Source of the DNA: Planctomycetota bacterium
GTDB taxonomy: Bacteria; Planctomycetota; SZUA-567; H5-PLA8
NCBI GenBank assembly: GCA_035308565.1
Contig: DATGGK010000241.1
Span: 3,146 to 67,145 of the forward strand
DNA length: 64,000 nucleotides
Direction of reading: 5' to 3'
Shown: positions 54,511 to 62,787 of the stretch, in pieces
How positions within the stretch are numbered: position 1 is the first letter of the stretch
Layout of the letters: every line of letters begins with the position of its first letter
Position numbers and translations under genes: made by a program
The notes under the pieces: model-generated
The model's input: the letters and a program-made list of their open reading frames with translations, nothing else
What the model was told of the DNA's origin: nothing
Database searches by the model: none

Positions 54511-56718
54511 TTAGAATTCATAATCCGGCGGTTTTGGCGGTTTCACGGGCACGAGGGGTTTAGGTTCAAGAATCTTGGCGATGTCATCGAATCCATTCCA
54601 TAAAGCGTGTTCAGCGCCGGTTCTATTCTTATGATCGCGGCGATTGGGGTCAGCGCCTTGCGCGAGCAGATATTGGACAACATCCTTTCTCCCAAGACGC
54701 GCGGCCCACATCAGGGGAGTTTCATTTGAGCCCTTGATTGAGACATTGACGTCGGCGTGATCGGCGACGAGTTGTTTGAGGATTTCAAGTTGACCCGCAG
54801 CGGCTGCGCCGTGGGCGGGGGTCCAGCCAACAGCGGGAAAAAGGGAGCGTTGCTTCTGGAGTGTGGCCAATGTTGCGGCGTCTCCAATGGCCGCCGCGAA
54901 CACCGCATCGTTTTTACCGCCCTTCTCCAAGAGCGATTTGAGTATTTCTGTGTTCCCCGCGCGTACTGCGTGATGCATGGCGGTCAGTCCCGCTTTGTCC
55001 TCGATGTTTGGGTCTGCGCCGGCTTCGAGCAACAGGCCGAGCTCCCGTTTCAAGCCGGACGCGGCTGAACGCATCAGACGAGTCTGTCCATCTCGAAACG
55101 CCGCGTTTACATTGGCCTTTATGGCCGCCTTGTAGTCCTGCTCGGTCATCAGTTGAAATATTTCGGCTTGGCGCAGTTCCAACTTCTGGCCGCCCGAGGT
55201 AACTCCAATCGCGGCTGGGGCGGTGGCGATCATTGAACCTGAATAAACACGCTGTCCATCGAGCACAGCATCGGCCTGCCCATTCGCAATCACAATGAGT
55301 AATTCGTGTACTTTATCGGCAGCCGAGAAGAGCGGCACTCGGCAAGTGCGCGTATAAAAATCGAATAGATCCGCGTTGAAATGCACGCGGGGAGGGGAAA
55401 TTCGCAGGCGAAAAAGAGGAATACCCGACGGTTTGTCACCGTCATATGGAGCAAAATTAACAGTGAATTCCTTGGCGACGGGGGAGGCGTCGGGCGTCGA
55501 TTCGCTCACCGTGAACCTGAGTCGCACTGAAGCAGCAGGAATAACGGGCAATAGGTGTATTACGTGGCGGAAACCGGGCTTTGTAGTCACCCAAGAAAGT
55601 TCGCGTTCGGATGCCAGTTTATCAAAATAACCGGCATCGTTTGTCCGAGCATTCATCGGCGACCCCGAAGCGCGTAGAAGGAAATCGTCCTTCAATAAGC
55701 TCGCGGATGCGTCAAGCGGACGCGGTTTAAGGCGCTCGGTAGCCGGAAGTGCGGCCAATTCATTCACGCGCTTTTGTAGATCGCGCAAGGGCTTGAAAAA
55801 TGTAGGATACTTCAAGGAGACGTCCAGAGCCGCTTTCAGTTTGTTCGAACCCAGCGCTGCCCATCGGAACACCTGTGCGGCTTCCGAAGTAGGACTGCTC
55901 TGCAACGAATACCAGGCAAAATTCATGGCGCGAGCGTAATCCCCTTGATTTATTGCAAGCTCAGCGAACCAACGATCCGACAGCGCACTTTGGGGAAAGC
56001 CATGGCCAATAGCTCTAACCAATGAAACCTCACTAAGCGCCGGGTCGGTCGCGTAGAGCGCGGTGAATGTATCCATATCTGAATTCCATTTTGGATTGCG
56101 TTCAAAAGCCCCCGGCGTTGGATCGTCATATGGTGCCCTAACCCCGAGATTGAAGCCGACGGTGGGGCCCTTCATTGAGACTTCTCGGGTTTCGTTGCCG
56201 TGCTTAATCGTGACTTTATGATCGCCTTCCGTTCGAATGAGCTGAGCGCCGTCGAACCCACGCGTCTCCTGGCCGTCAACTTTGACGATAACGTCGCCGG
56301 GTGCCAATCCTAGCGCGCTGGCCTGGGAATTCGGGAATACGCTCAAGATCGTTGAACCGTAGCTCTCGGGGCCAACAACCGCCGCCGCGCGCCTTGCCGC
56401 GAGTTGCAGCGCAGAGACAATGCTCGCATCGATCTCAGCATTTGGAGGCGTGACCGCCGGAAGCGCAGGACGGACTGTGGGCGGAGTCCATACCAGAGGG
56501 TCTTCGGCAGCACTTTTTTGAGGACGAACGTCGGCAGCTTGCAGCGCCACACCCAAAAAACCGACGACAAGGAATACACGCGTGAGCCGTACTATCGCTA
56601 TCAGGGTGCACGAAATTATTTGGCTTTGTATATTGTATGTAACCAAATTCAAGGGCCTCCAATGATAAACGCGCCCTTGATGCGCATCAACCTTTCGGTC
56701 GAGAGGCGCGGCGCGCAT
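54511..56718 (-). CDS. secreted PDZ / helical-repeat / ankyrin-repeat protein
   Basis: PDZ (GLAPGDVIVKVDGQE). C-terminal ankyrin repeats (GLTAMHHAVRAGNTEILKSLLEKGG, WTPAHGAAAAGQLEILKQLVADHADVN, ETPLMWAARLGRKDVVQYLLAQGADPN). The sequence is more AT-rich by eye. The start is uncertain: the signal-like LTRVFLVVGFLGVALQA lies downstream of ATG 56718. Confidence 0.8.
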   Translation of the reverse strand: MRAAPLDRKVDAHQGRVYHWRPLNLVTYNIQSQIISCTLIAIVRLTRVFLVVGFLGVALQAADVRPQKSAAEDPLVWTPPTVRPALPAVTPPNAEIDASIVSALQLAARRAAAVVGPESYGSTILSVFPNSQASALGLAPGDVIVKVDGQETRGFDGAQLIRTEGDHKVTIKHGNETREVSMKGPTVGFNLGVRAPYDDPTPGAFERNPKWNSDMDTFTALYATDPALSEVSLVRAIGHGFPQSALSDRWFAELAINQGDYARAMNFAWYSLQSSPTSEAAQVFRWAALGSNKLKAALDVSLKYPTFFKPLRDLQKRVNELAALPATERLKPRPLDASASLLKDDFLLRASGSPMNARTNDAGYFDKLASERELSWVTTKPGFRHVIHLLPVIPAASVRLRFTVSESTPDASPVAKEFTVNFAPYDGDKPSGIPLFRLRISPPRVHFNADLFDFYTRTCRVPLFSAADKVHELLIVIANGQADAVLDGQRVYSGSMIATAPAAIGVTSGGQKLELRQAEIFQLMTEQDYKAAIKANVNAAFRDGQTRLMRSAASGLKRELGLLLEAGADPNIEDKAGLTAMHHAVRAGNTEILKSLLEKGGKNDAVFAAAIGDAATLATLQKQRSLFPAVGWTPAHGAAAAGQLEILKQLVADHADVNVSIKGSNETPLMWAARLGRKDVVQYLLAQGADPNRRDHKNRTGAEHALWNGFDDIAKILEPKPLVPVKPPKPPDYEF

Positions 56719-56817
56719 GTTGCGATTCTTATATAATGTGACGGTATTACAACGCAAGCGATATGTTCGGGCGGTGGCACTGTTAATAAGCGTTGATCGC
56801 GGCTTGCGTCGTTAAGG

Positions 56818-56860
56818 GGTGCCACTGGTAGCCTGCCGTTTGGCTACCAGTGCGGATCGG
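56818..56860 (-). repeat. CACTGGTAG palindromic element, copy 1 (inverted relative to copies 2-4)
   Basis: GGTGCCACTGGTAGCC-loop-GGCTACCAGTGCGGATCGG. Its reverse complement matches the consensus CCGATCCGCACTGGTAG..CTACCAGTGGCACC. Confidence 0.85.
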
Positions 56861-56953
56861 GAATGGGCGCTGCAATCCAGAGCGAATTTTCGTCGGCACG
56901 ATAACACCGCTGCGTGCCGGCGAGAGAACGTTTTGAAATTCAAACGCGCGCTT

Positions 56954-56997
56954 CCGATCCTCACTGGTAGACGATACGGCTGTCTACCAGTGGCACC
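56954..56997 (+). repeat. CACTGGTAG palindromic element, copy 2
   Basis: CCGATCCTCACTGGTAGACGATACGGCTGTCTACCAGTGGCACC. Confidence 0.85.
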
Positions 56998-57026
56998 CTT
57001 TTTGGCGTAAGCCGCGTTCAAAGTTC

Positions 57027-57218
57027 TTACAAGTGCCACCCGCCACGGATCATTCTCAGGCTCAGCGGGCGTTTGCGATTCAGCACTTCGGAGACTTTGC
57101 CGCGGCTGCCGGTATAGGGCGTCAAATCTTTCTGCTTCAACCCCGCTTGATCCATGCGGAATTTGAGGGCCTCGATGGGGTCCGGCGGACCGGGCGGAAA
57201 GCGGAGGAAATTATTCAT
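57027..57218 (-). pseudogene. truncated HTH (XRE/HigA-like) antitoxin remnant
   Basis: PPDPIEALKFRMDQAGLKQKDLTPYTGSRGKVSEVLNRKRPLSLRMIR is the central HTH of a longer antitoxin family. The usual N-terminal ~50 aa and C-terminal ~20 aa are missing. The ORF ends in GGWHL, encoded by a GTGCCACCC fragment of the palindromic element. Confidence 0.6.
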
Positions 57219-57268
57219 GTTGCATGACTACCGTGTAAGCGGTAGAACATCGGATACAGGGGGGCGCG

Positions 57269-57562
57269 ATGATTCGCTCGTTCGGGGATGAGGGATCCGA
57301 AGACATCTTCAACGGCAAGTCGTCGAAGGCCGCTCGCAAAACGCTGCCGATTGACCTGCATCGGGTGGCTTTTCGCAAGCTGGATTACCTGGTCCACGCA
57401 CGTTCGCTGGACGTGTTGAAATCACCGCCCGGAAACCGGCTGGAAGCGTTGCAGGGAGACTGGGCGGGCTATTGGAGCATTCGGATCAACGACCAATTCC
57501 GCATCGTCTTCCAGTGGCGCGACAACGGCGCGTGGAACGTGCGGATTGTGGATTACCACTAA
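57269..57562 (+). CDS. higB: HigB-family toxin (plasmid maintenance system killer)
   Basis: IRSFGDEGSEDIFNGKSSKAARK ... LEALQGDWAGYWSIRINDQFRIVFQW..G.A..V.IVDYH is the HigB/RelE-fold signature. Confidence 0.9.
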   Translation: MIRSFGDEGSEDIFNGKSSKAARKTLPIDLHRVAFRKLDYLVHARSLDVLKSPPGNRLEALQGDWAGYWSIRINDQFRIVFQWRDNGAWNVRIVDYH

Positions 57563-57573
57563 CGAGGACTACC

Positions 57574-57888
57574 ATGCGCACCGCCACCTACCGTCTGCCC
57601 ACACAGCGCCTGCCCACGCATCCCGGCGAGATGTTGCTTGAGGAGTTCTTGAAGCCTTTGGGCATCAGCCAATTGGGATTTTCCAAGCACTTAAACATTC
57701 CGCTGCAACGCCTGAACGAGATTGTGCTGGGCAAGCGCGGCGTCTCGCCGGAGACGGCGTGGCTGCTGGGCATGGCGCTGGGAACTGGGCCGGAAATCTG
57801 GCTGGATTTGCAGGCCGCTTACGATCTGGCCACGCATAAACCCGAGCGCAAAATCAGAATCCTCTCCCAACTGAAAGCGGCGGTCTGA
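57574..57888 (+). CDS. higA: HigA-family antitoxin (HTH, VapI-like)
   Basis: HPGEMLLEEFLKPLGISQLGFSKHLNIPLQRLNEIVLGKRGVSPETAWLLGMALGTGPEIWLDLQAAYDL. The ATG is 12 nt after the higB stop. Confidence 0.9.
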   Translation: MRTATYRLPTQRLPTHPGEMLLEEFLKPLGISQLGFSKHLNIPLQRLNEIVLGKRGVSPETAWLLGMALGTGPEIWLDLQAAYDLATHKPERKIRILSQLKAAV

Positions 57889-58011
57889 AAGGCGGGAATA
57901 TCAGTGGAAAATGGGGATGTCCACGAGATTTTCGGCCGAGATTTCGAGCATGCCCCAAATTTTACGTCCCAAAATGCCGGCGAGAACGCGACGGGGTGCG
58001 AACGCGAGTTT

Positions 58012-58048
58012 CCGATCCGCACTGGTAGGGGTACCTACCAGTGGCACC
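58012..58048 (+). repeat. CACTGGTAG palindromic element, copy 3
   Basis: CCGATCCGCACTGGTAGGGGTACCTACCAGTGGCACC, between the higA stop and the convergent lyase-like gene stop. Confidence 0.85.
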
Positions 58049-58055
58049 CACCAAA

Positions 58056-59969
58056 TTACTTCACTTCCACCATCCGCCAGTCATCCGCCTCTTTGGCTTC
58101 TTTAAAAATCAATTCGTCGCCATTCACACTCACGCGGATTTCGCCGCCCTCGCGCACTATCTTTGCGGGGCCGCACGCGGGTTCTTTTTCTGAGCGCGGG
58201 TATAGCACTGTCGCTGCTAAAAAATTCGTCGCGGCCGCGGACGATTTTACGCTCAGCACATTCACCGGCTTGATCCAGCCGCTGGGCTTTTCTTCGATGC
58301 ATTTCACTTCGGCCAGCGCCACCGGCACGATGTCGAGCGCGGCGCCGTTTTGCTCGAAAGTCCATTTGCCGGATGATTCTTTGATTGAGCCGTAGGTGTG
58401 GAAGCGCAGTTCGAACGGCTGCGGCTCGGCGGTTTGAACGTCGTCGAGCAGCACCCAATATTTCTTTTTCACGAAGACGACGTTGCGCCGGGCGCGCGGG
58501 GTTTCGACTTCGTAAGCTTTGTCGGCTTGGCCGATGAACTCGCTGAAATTTTCGCCGGTGAGCGGGCCTTGGAATTTGCCCGGGCGGCCCGGGTGCTGGC
58601 CTTTGCCGCCGACGAGGACGGAGTTGTTGCCTGCGGTCGAAATTTCGTAGTAGCTCCAGCGTTTGGCTGAGAAATAATCCGCGGGGTAGTTGCGGCTGCC
58701 GAGTTCGACGAGCAGTTCGGTGTCGTTGACGGCGAGGTTGACGGCGTTCAAATCGAGGTGCGAATGGTTGGCGGCGAGCGTGCCATTTTTGAAGCCGAGC
58801 CAGTACGGCGGATCGGGCTGGCTGGGCGCCATGAAGCCCCAGCCGATCGAGGGGAAGGCGTAGACGGGATCGATCTTCGGCGCGAAATTGGATTGGGCTT
58901 CGGGCAGCCAGTTTTGATCGACGGGGCGCCAGAGCAGCGCGAGCGCGTCGAAGGGCCAGCCGCCTGCGCGGCCCTGGCGGGGCGCGGCGCGGTCTTGCGC
59001 CCATAAGAAATCGGGATTTTTGTATTCGCGGCCGAGCAGATAAAAAATCGCGTCGCTGGCGCGGCCGTGGCTGTCGCCGAAACTGGCGCTGAGTTTCGTG
59101 CCGGGATTGAAGACGAGCGGAAAATAAGCGGTGCGTTTGACGCCTTCGCGCGCGAAGACGTCGTCGCCGAATTTATTTCCGCAGCGGCGCAGCGCTTCGG
59201 CGGCCATCAGCGCGTAGCGGTGGCCGTAGGTCCAGTAGCCGGTGCCTTCTTCCCAGCCGCCGTCGGCGCCGAGGTGATCCCAATAAATTTTCATCGACGG
59301 CAGCGCCGCGGCGAGCACTTTCGCGGCGTCGGGCGTTTCGTCTTCCAGGGCGAGCGCGAGCAGCGTCGCGCCGCCGTTGCAGACGGTGTTCCAGTTGTGG
59401 TGCGCCTTCAGCCAGCTCATTTTCTTTTCGACGCCCGCTAGGTACGCGGCCATGCCGCGCCGAATCGCGCCGTCGCGCAGGCGCGTGCGTTCGTCGGGCG
59501 TGAGGTCGTTGTAAAGCCAATCGTAGGCGAGGCCGAAGGTGGCGCTGACTTCGCCGGTCATCAAATCGTAGGGCGGCGCGTGGGCGGTATCGACCCAGAT
59601 TTTCCAATCGGTGAGCGCGTGATCCAACTGCGCGACGGCTTCGTCGCGGTATTTTTTTTCGCCGCTGAGCGTGAAGGCCATGCAGAGCGAGATCACGCGG
59701 CCTTGCAGATCGCGCGCGGCGGTGAGGCCTTTGACTTCGCCGGGCGCGTCCGCCGCGCCGCGCGCGGTGAGCGAGACGTGCAGCGGCGGGGCTTTGAAGA
59801 CGGCGTTGGCGCTTTCCATGACGCGATTGGCGAAGGGTCTGAGCTTGGGATTTTTCGCGCGCTCTTGGATCGAGGCGATGTCGTCTTTGCTGAAGAGGAG
59901 GCGCGGGTGGTCGGCGGCGAACGAGGATGCGGCGAGTACGAATAGGAGTGAAGTGATGAGATTTTTCAT
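58056..59969 (-). CDS. heparinase II/III-family (polysaccharide lyase-like) secreted protein
   Basis: Signal peptide MKNLITSLLFVLAASSFA. HPRLLFSKDDIASI opening, NHNWNTVCNGG, and HSHLDLNAVNL motifs typical of heparinase II/III-like proteins. Confidence 0.85.
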   Translation of the reverse strand: MKNLITSLLFVLAASSFAADHPRLLFSKDDIASIQERAKNPKLRPFANRVMESANAVFKAPPLHVSLTARGAADAPGEVKGLTAARDLQGRVISLCMAFTLSGEKKYRDEAVAQLDHALTDWKIWVDTAHAPPYDLMTGEVSATFGLAYDWLYNDLTPDERTRLRDGAIRRGMAAYLAGVEKKMSWLKAHHNWNTVCNGGATLLALALEDETPDAAKVLAAALPSMKIYWDHLGADGGWEEGTGYWTYGHRYALMAAEALRRCGNKFGDDVFAREGVKRTAYFPLVFNPGTKLSASFGDSHGRASDAIFYLLGREYKNPDFLWAQDRAAPRQGRAGGWPFDALALLWRPVDQNWLPEAQSNFAPKIDPVYAFPSIGWGFMAPSQPDPPYWLGFKNGTLAANHSHLDLNAVNLAVNDTELLVELGSRNYPADYFSAKRWSYYEISTAGNNSVLVGGKGQHPGRPGKFQGPLTGENFSEFIGQADKAYEVETPRARRNVVFVKKKYWVLLDDVQTAEPQPFELRFHTYGSIKESSGKWTFEQNGAALDIVPVALAEVKCIEEKPSGWIKPVNVLSVKSSAAATNFLAATVLYPRSEKEPACGPAKIVREGGEIRVSVNGDELIFKEAKEADDWRMVEVK

Positions 59970-60161
59970 ATTGATGATTACAGCGCGCAGTGACGCGCGA
60001 GGGAATTTTCATAGGGAAAAAGTGGAAAGTTTGCGAAAATTATTTTTACGAATGTTGGGAAAGGGTTCGCGGAAATGGGAGAGGAGAAGGAACAACGAAT
60101 CTCGCGAATCTTCGCGAAATAGATTGCCGGCGGGAGGTCAGTTGTTTTTGAAAGTTCAATC

Positions 60162-60198
60162 CCGATCCGCACTGGTAGGAGTACCTACCAGTGGCACC
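60162..60198 (+). repeat. CACTGGTAG palindromic element, copy 4
   Basis: CCGATCCGCACTGGTAGGAGTACCTACCAGTGGCACC. It differs from copy 3 at one loop base. Confidence 0.85.
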
Positions 60199-60285
60199 CC
60201 GAACGGCGTCAAACTGCCGGCGGGGATTTTTTTTAATTTACGCACGCAAAGCCGATCCGGGCCGGCTGGAAGCCGGCGCTCCATC

Positions 60286-61452
60286 CTACACGCTGCGGAG
60301 GGCTTCGGTGGCTTTCAGGCGCATGCCCATGACGGCGGGGACGATGCCGCTGAGGAGGCCGGTGGCGATGGCAATCAGGATGGCCCAGGCGATGGCGGTG
60401 GGCGGCGTGCGAAAGATGGGGAAGAAATCGGGCTTGGGGTTGAAGCCGAAAAGATTGACTGCGATGTAGGTTCCGCCCGCGCCAACCACGGCGCCGATCA
60501 GGCAGATGGCCATCGACTCGCCGACGAGAAGCATTGCGACGTGGCCGTCGGTGAAGCCGATCGATTTTAAGATTGCCATTTCCTGCGTGCGTTCTCGGGC
60601 GCTCATCATCATCGTGTTCGCGGAGACCAGCAGCATGGTGAGCACGACGGCCGAACCGATCGAGCGGAGCAGCAGTTGCAGATTGCCCATCATCGAGACG
60701 AATTGCGTGTTGAAGGCGCGCTCTGTCATCGAGCGCGTTTCGTAGGGACTGTTTTGAAAGCGCGCGTCGATGGCCGACGAGATGCGTTGATATTGGCCGG
60801 CGTCGGCCATGCGCACGGTGAAGACGCCGGCGGTGTCTTTGCCGTATTGGCGGACTTCGTTCAAGTATTCCCAGTGAAAGAGCATCATGGTGCGGTCGAA
60901 AGTGGGCGAATCGGAGGTGTAGATCGCGCGGACGGTGAACGTGAGCAGATTGTTGGGCACGGCCCAGATGGTGCTGCGGAGGACGATGCGGTCGCCGACT
61001 TTTTTGCCGATGCGTTCGGCGATTTTGTCGCCGAGCGCGCAGCCGGCTTTGTCGCCGAGCAGCGCTTTGGTTTGTTCCGGCGAGATTTTCAGTTCAGGGT
61101 ACATGGGCAGGTAACGTTCGAGTTCGAAGCCGAGTTGCGCGAAATACGTCGTTTTCTTTTCGCCATTGGGCAGCGGTTCGTCGTACGGGCCGCCGAACCA
61201 GGTCATGCCGCAGCAATCGGTCACGCCGTCGATCTGCTGAATGGCGGTGCGGTACGAAATCGGCATGGTGAAGGAGAGCGATTCTTTGTGCTGCACGACC
61301 AGGCGCGAGGCGTCGGCCATGTCCACACCGGCGTTGAAGGCGCGCAACACCGTCTCCAAAAAACAAAATAGCAGCAGGGCGACGGCGACGCCGAAGACGG
61401 TCAGGCCGGTGCGGAGGGGTTTGCGGAAGAGGTTTAGGAGGACTAAGCGCAT
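60286..61452 (-). CDS. ABC transporter permease, FtsX/MacB-like (paralogue of 52462..53637)
   Basis: MRLVLLNLFRKPLRTGLTVFGVAVALLLF N-terminus and C-terminal FtsX TM bundle ending ...GIVPAVMGMRLKATEALRSV. Start at ATG 61452. Confidence 0.85.
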   Translation of the reverse strand: MRLVLLNLFRKPLRTGLTVFGVAVALLLFCFLETVLRAFNAGVDMADASRLVVQHKESLSFTMPISYRTAIQQIDGVTDCCGMTWFGGPYDEPLPNGEKKTTYFAQLGFELERYLPMYPELKISPEQTKALLGDKAGCALGDKIAERIGKKVGDRIVLRSTIWAVPNNLLTFTVRAIYTSDSPTFDRTMMLFHWEYLNEVRQYGKDTAGVFTVRMADAGQYQRISSAIDARFQNSPYETRSMTERAFNTQFVSMMGNLQLLLRSIGSAVVLTMLLVSANTMMMSARERTQEMAILKSIGFTDGHVAMLLVGESMAICLIGAVVGAGGTYIAVNLFGFNPKPDFFPIFRTPPTAIAWAILIAIATGLLSGIVPAVMGMRLKATEALRSV

Positions 61453-61457
61453 GGTTC

Positions 61458-61503
61458 GAAATTCAAAATTCAAAATGCAAAATTCAAGATTTAAGATTCA
61501 AAG
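61458..61503 (-). repeat. seven TTGAAT(C/T)-type heptamers ending about 6 nt upstream of the permease start codon
   Basis: The minus strand reads TTGAATC TTAAATC TTGAATT TTGCATT TTGAATT TTGAATT TCGAACC ATG. Confidence 0.85.
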
Positions 61504-61518
61504 CATGCGTAAATTAAA

Positions 61519-61618
61519 ATTCATCGCTGATGGACGCAGATTCACGCGAATGAACGCAGATTTATTAAAATAAAATCATTCAATTCATCTGCGTTCACCC
61601 GCGTTAATCGCGATGAAT
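61519..61618. repeat. ~100-bp imperfect inverted repeat with AT-rich loop
   Basis: ATTCATCGC...TGAACGCAGAT (61519-61561) pairs with ATCTGCGTTCA...GCGATGAAT (61587-61618). The core perfect stem is GAACGCAGAT/ATCTGCGTTC. Confidence 0.75.
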
Positions 61619-61691
61619 TTCAGCCGCTCAAACATAGTTTGAACGTTGAACCTTGAATTCACAATTCCAGATTCAAGGATTCTGACGCAAC

Positions 61692-62585
61692 TCATTGCAA
61701 GAGGTGCCGTAGTGCATCTTCCAACCGCGGCCACTTGAACACAAAACCGGCGTCGGTCAAGCGCGACGGGGTGACGCGGGTGCTGCCGAGCAGGAGGTCG
61801 TTGGCCATTTCTCCGAAGGCGAGGCGCGCGGCGAAGGCGGGCATGGGAAAAATCGTGGGCCGCTTGATGACTTTGCCGAGCGTTTTGGTGAATTCGCGAT
61901 TGGTGACGGGATTGGGCGCGACGGTGTTGGCGGGGCCGCTCAGGGATTCGGTTTTCAGCGCGAAGAGAATTGCGCCGACCACGTCGTCGAGCGCGATCCA
62001 GCTCATGTATTGCTTGCCGCTACCGATGATGCCTCCGAGGCAGAGCTTGAAGGGCGTGAGCATTTTGGCGAGCGCACCGCCATTTTCGCTCAAGATTACG
62101 CCGAACCGCAGCGCGACGGTGCGGATGCCGGCGGCGCGCGCGGGATCCGCGGCGGATTCCCAGGCTTGGCAGACTTCGGGGAGGAAGCCTTTGCCTGGCG
62201 AGCTGCTTTCGGTGAGCAGTTCGTCGCCACGGTTGCCGTAATAACCGATGGCTGAGGCGCAGATGAGGACTTTGGGTTTGACGGTCATTGCGGCAAGCGC
62301 ATTGGCGAGCGTTTTGGTTCCAAGCACGCGGCTTTCGCGAATAGCCTTTTTCTTCGCGGCGGTCCAGCGGCCGGCGATGTTTTCGCCGGCGAGATGAACG
62401 ACGGCATCGATGCCGGTCAGCGCGGCGGGATCGAGTTTGCCGCTGAGCGGATTCCACTCGATAGATTTGGCGGCGCTTTTTGAGTTGGGGCGTGTGAGCG
62501 TGGTGAGCGAATGGCCGTCCGCCGCGAGTGCGCTGCAGAGGGCGGAGCCGACCAAACCGGTTGAGCCGCTGATGAGTATGTTCAT
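61692..62585 (-). CDS. SDR-type epimerase family protein (TIGR01777/YfcH-like, C-terminal DUF1731-type region)
   Basis: MNILISGSTGLVGSAL Rossmann opening, ICASAIGYYG, QYMSWIALDD, and an ending typical of this family. The upstream part of ORF ..62930 covers the tRNA and repeats and is rejected. Confidence 0.85.
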   Translation of the reverse strand: MNILISGSTGLVGSALCSALAADGHSLTTLTRPNSKSAAKSIEWNPLSGKLDPAALTGIDAVVHLAGENIAGRWTAAKKKAIRESRVLGTKTLANALAAMTVKPKVLICASAIGYYGNRGDELLTESSSPGKGFLPEVCQAWESAADPARAAGIRTVALRFGVILSENGGALAKMLTPFKLCLGGIIGSGKQYMSWIALDDVVGAILFALKTESLSGPANTVAPNPVTNREFTKTLGKVIKRPTIFPMPAFAARLAFGEMANDLLLGSTRVTPSRLTDAGFVFKWPRLEDALRHLLQ

Positions 62586-62618
62586 GTGCGGAACCTCATC
62601 GCGCGAATGTGTTGAAGA

Positions 62619-62702
62619 TGCCGAGGAGGGGAGTTGAACCCCTATGCCCTTGCGGGCACTAGCTCCTGAAGCTAGCGCGTCTGCCAATTCCGCCACCTCG
62701 GC
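62619..62702 (-). tRNA. tRNA-Leu: tRNA-Leu, anticodon CAG (84 nt, long variable arm, no encoded CCA)
   Basis: Folded by hand. Acceptor GCCGAGG/CCTCGGC, anticodon stem CTAGC/GCTAG with loop TTCAGGA, variable arm GCCC-GCAA-GGGC, T arm AGGGG-TTCAACT-CCCCT, discriminator A. Confidence 0.92.
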
Positions 62703-62787
62703 TGGTGGGGTTTCGCGCGGGGCGAAACGAGATGGGGATGATATGATGCGGTGGCGGGATGTCAAGTGAACGCAGAATGTTGAACGC

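Noticed and set aside
57215-57397. 60-aa ORF on the minus strand overlapping higB, and ORF 57904-58395 (+).
   Set aside because: The first is antisense to a well-supported HigB gene, and the second to the heparinase-like gene. Neither has motifs or start context.
56818-60198. Integron cassette array with the CACTGGTAG palindromes as attC sites.
   Set aside because: The elements are 37-44 nt, shorter than known attC sites. They lack recognisable R''/R' (RYYYAAC / GTTRRRY) cores. No intI gene or attI is present. It is retained only as an analogy in the finding.
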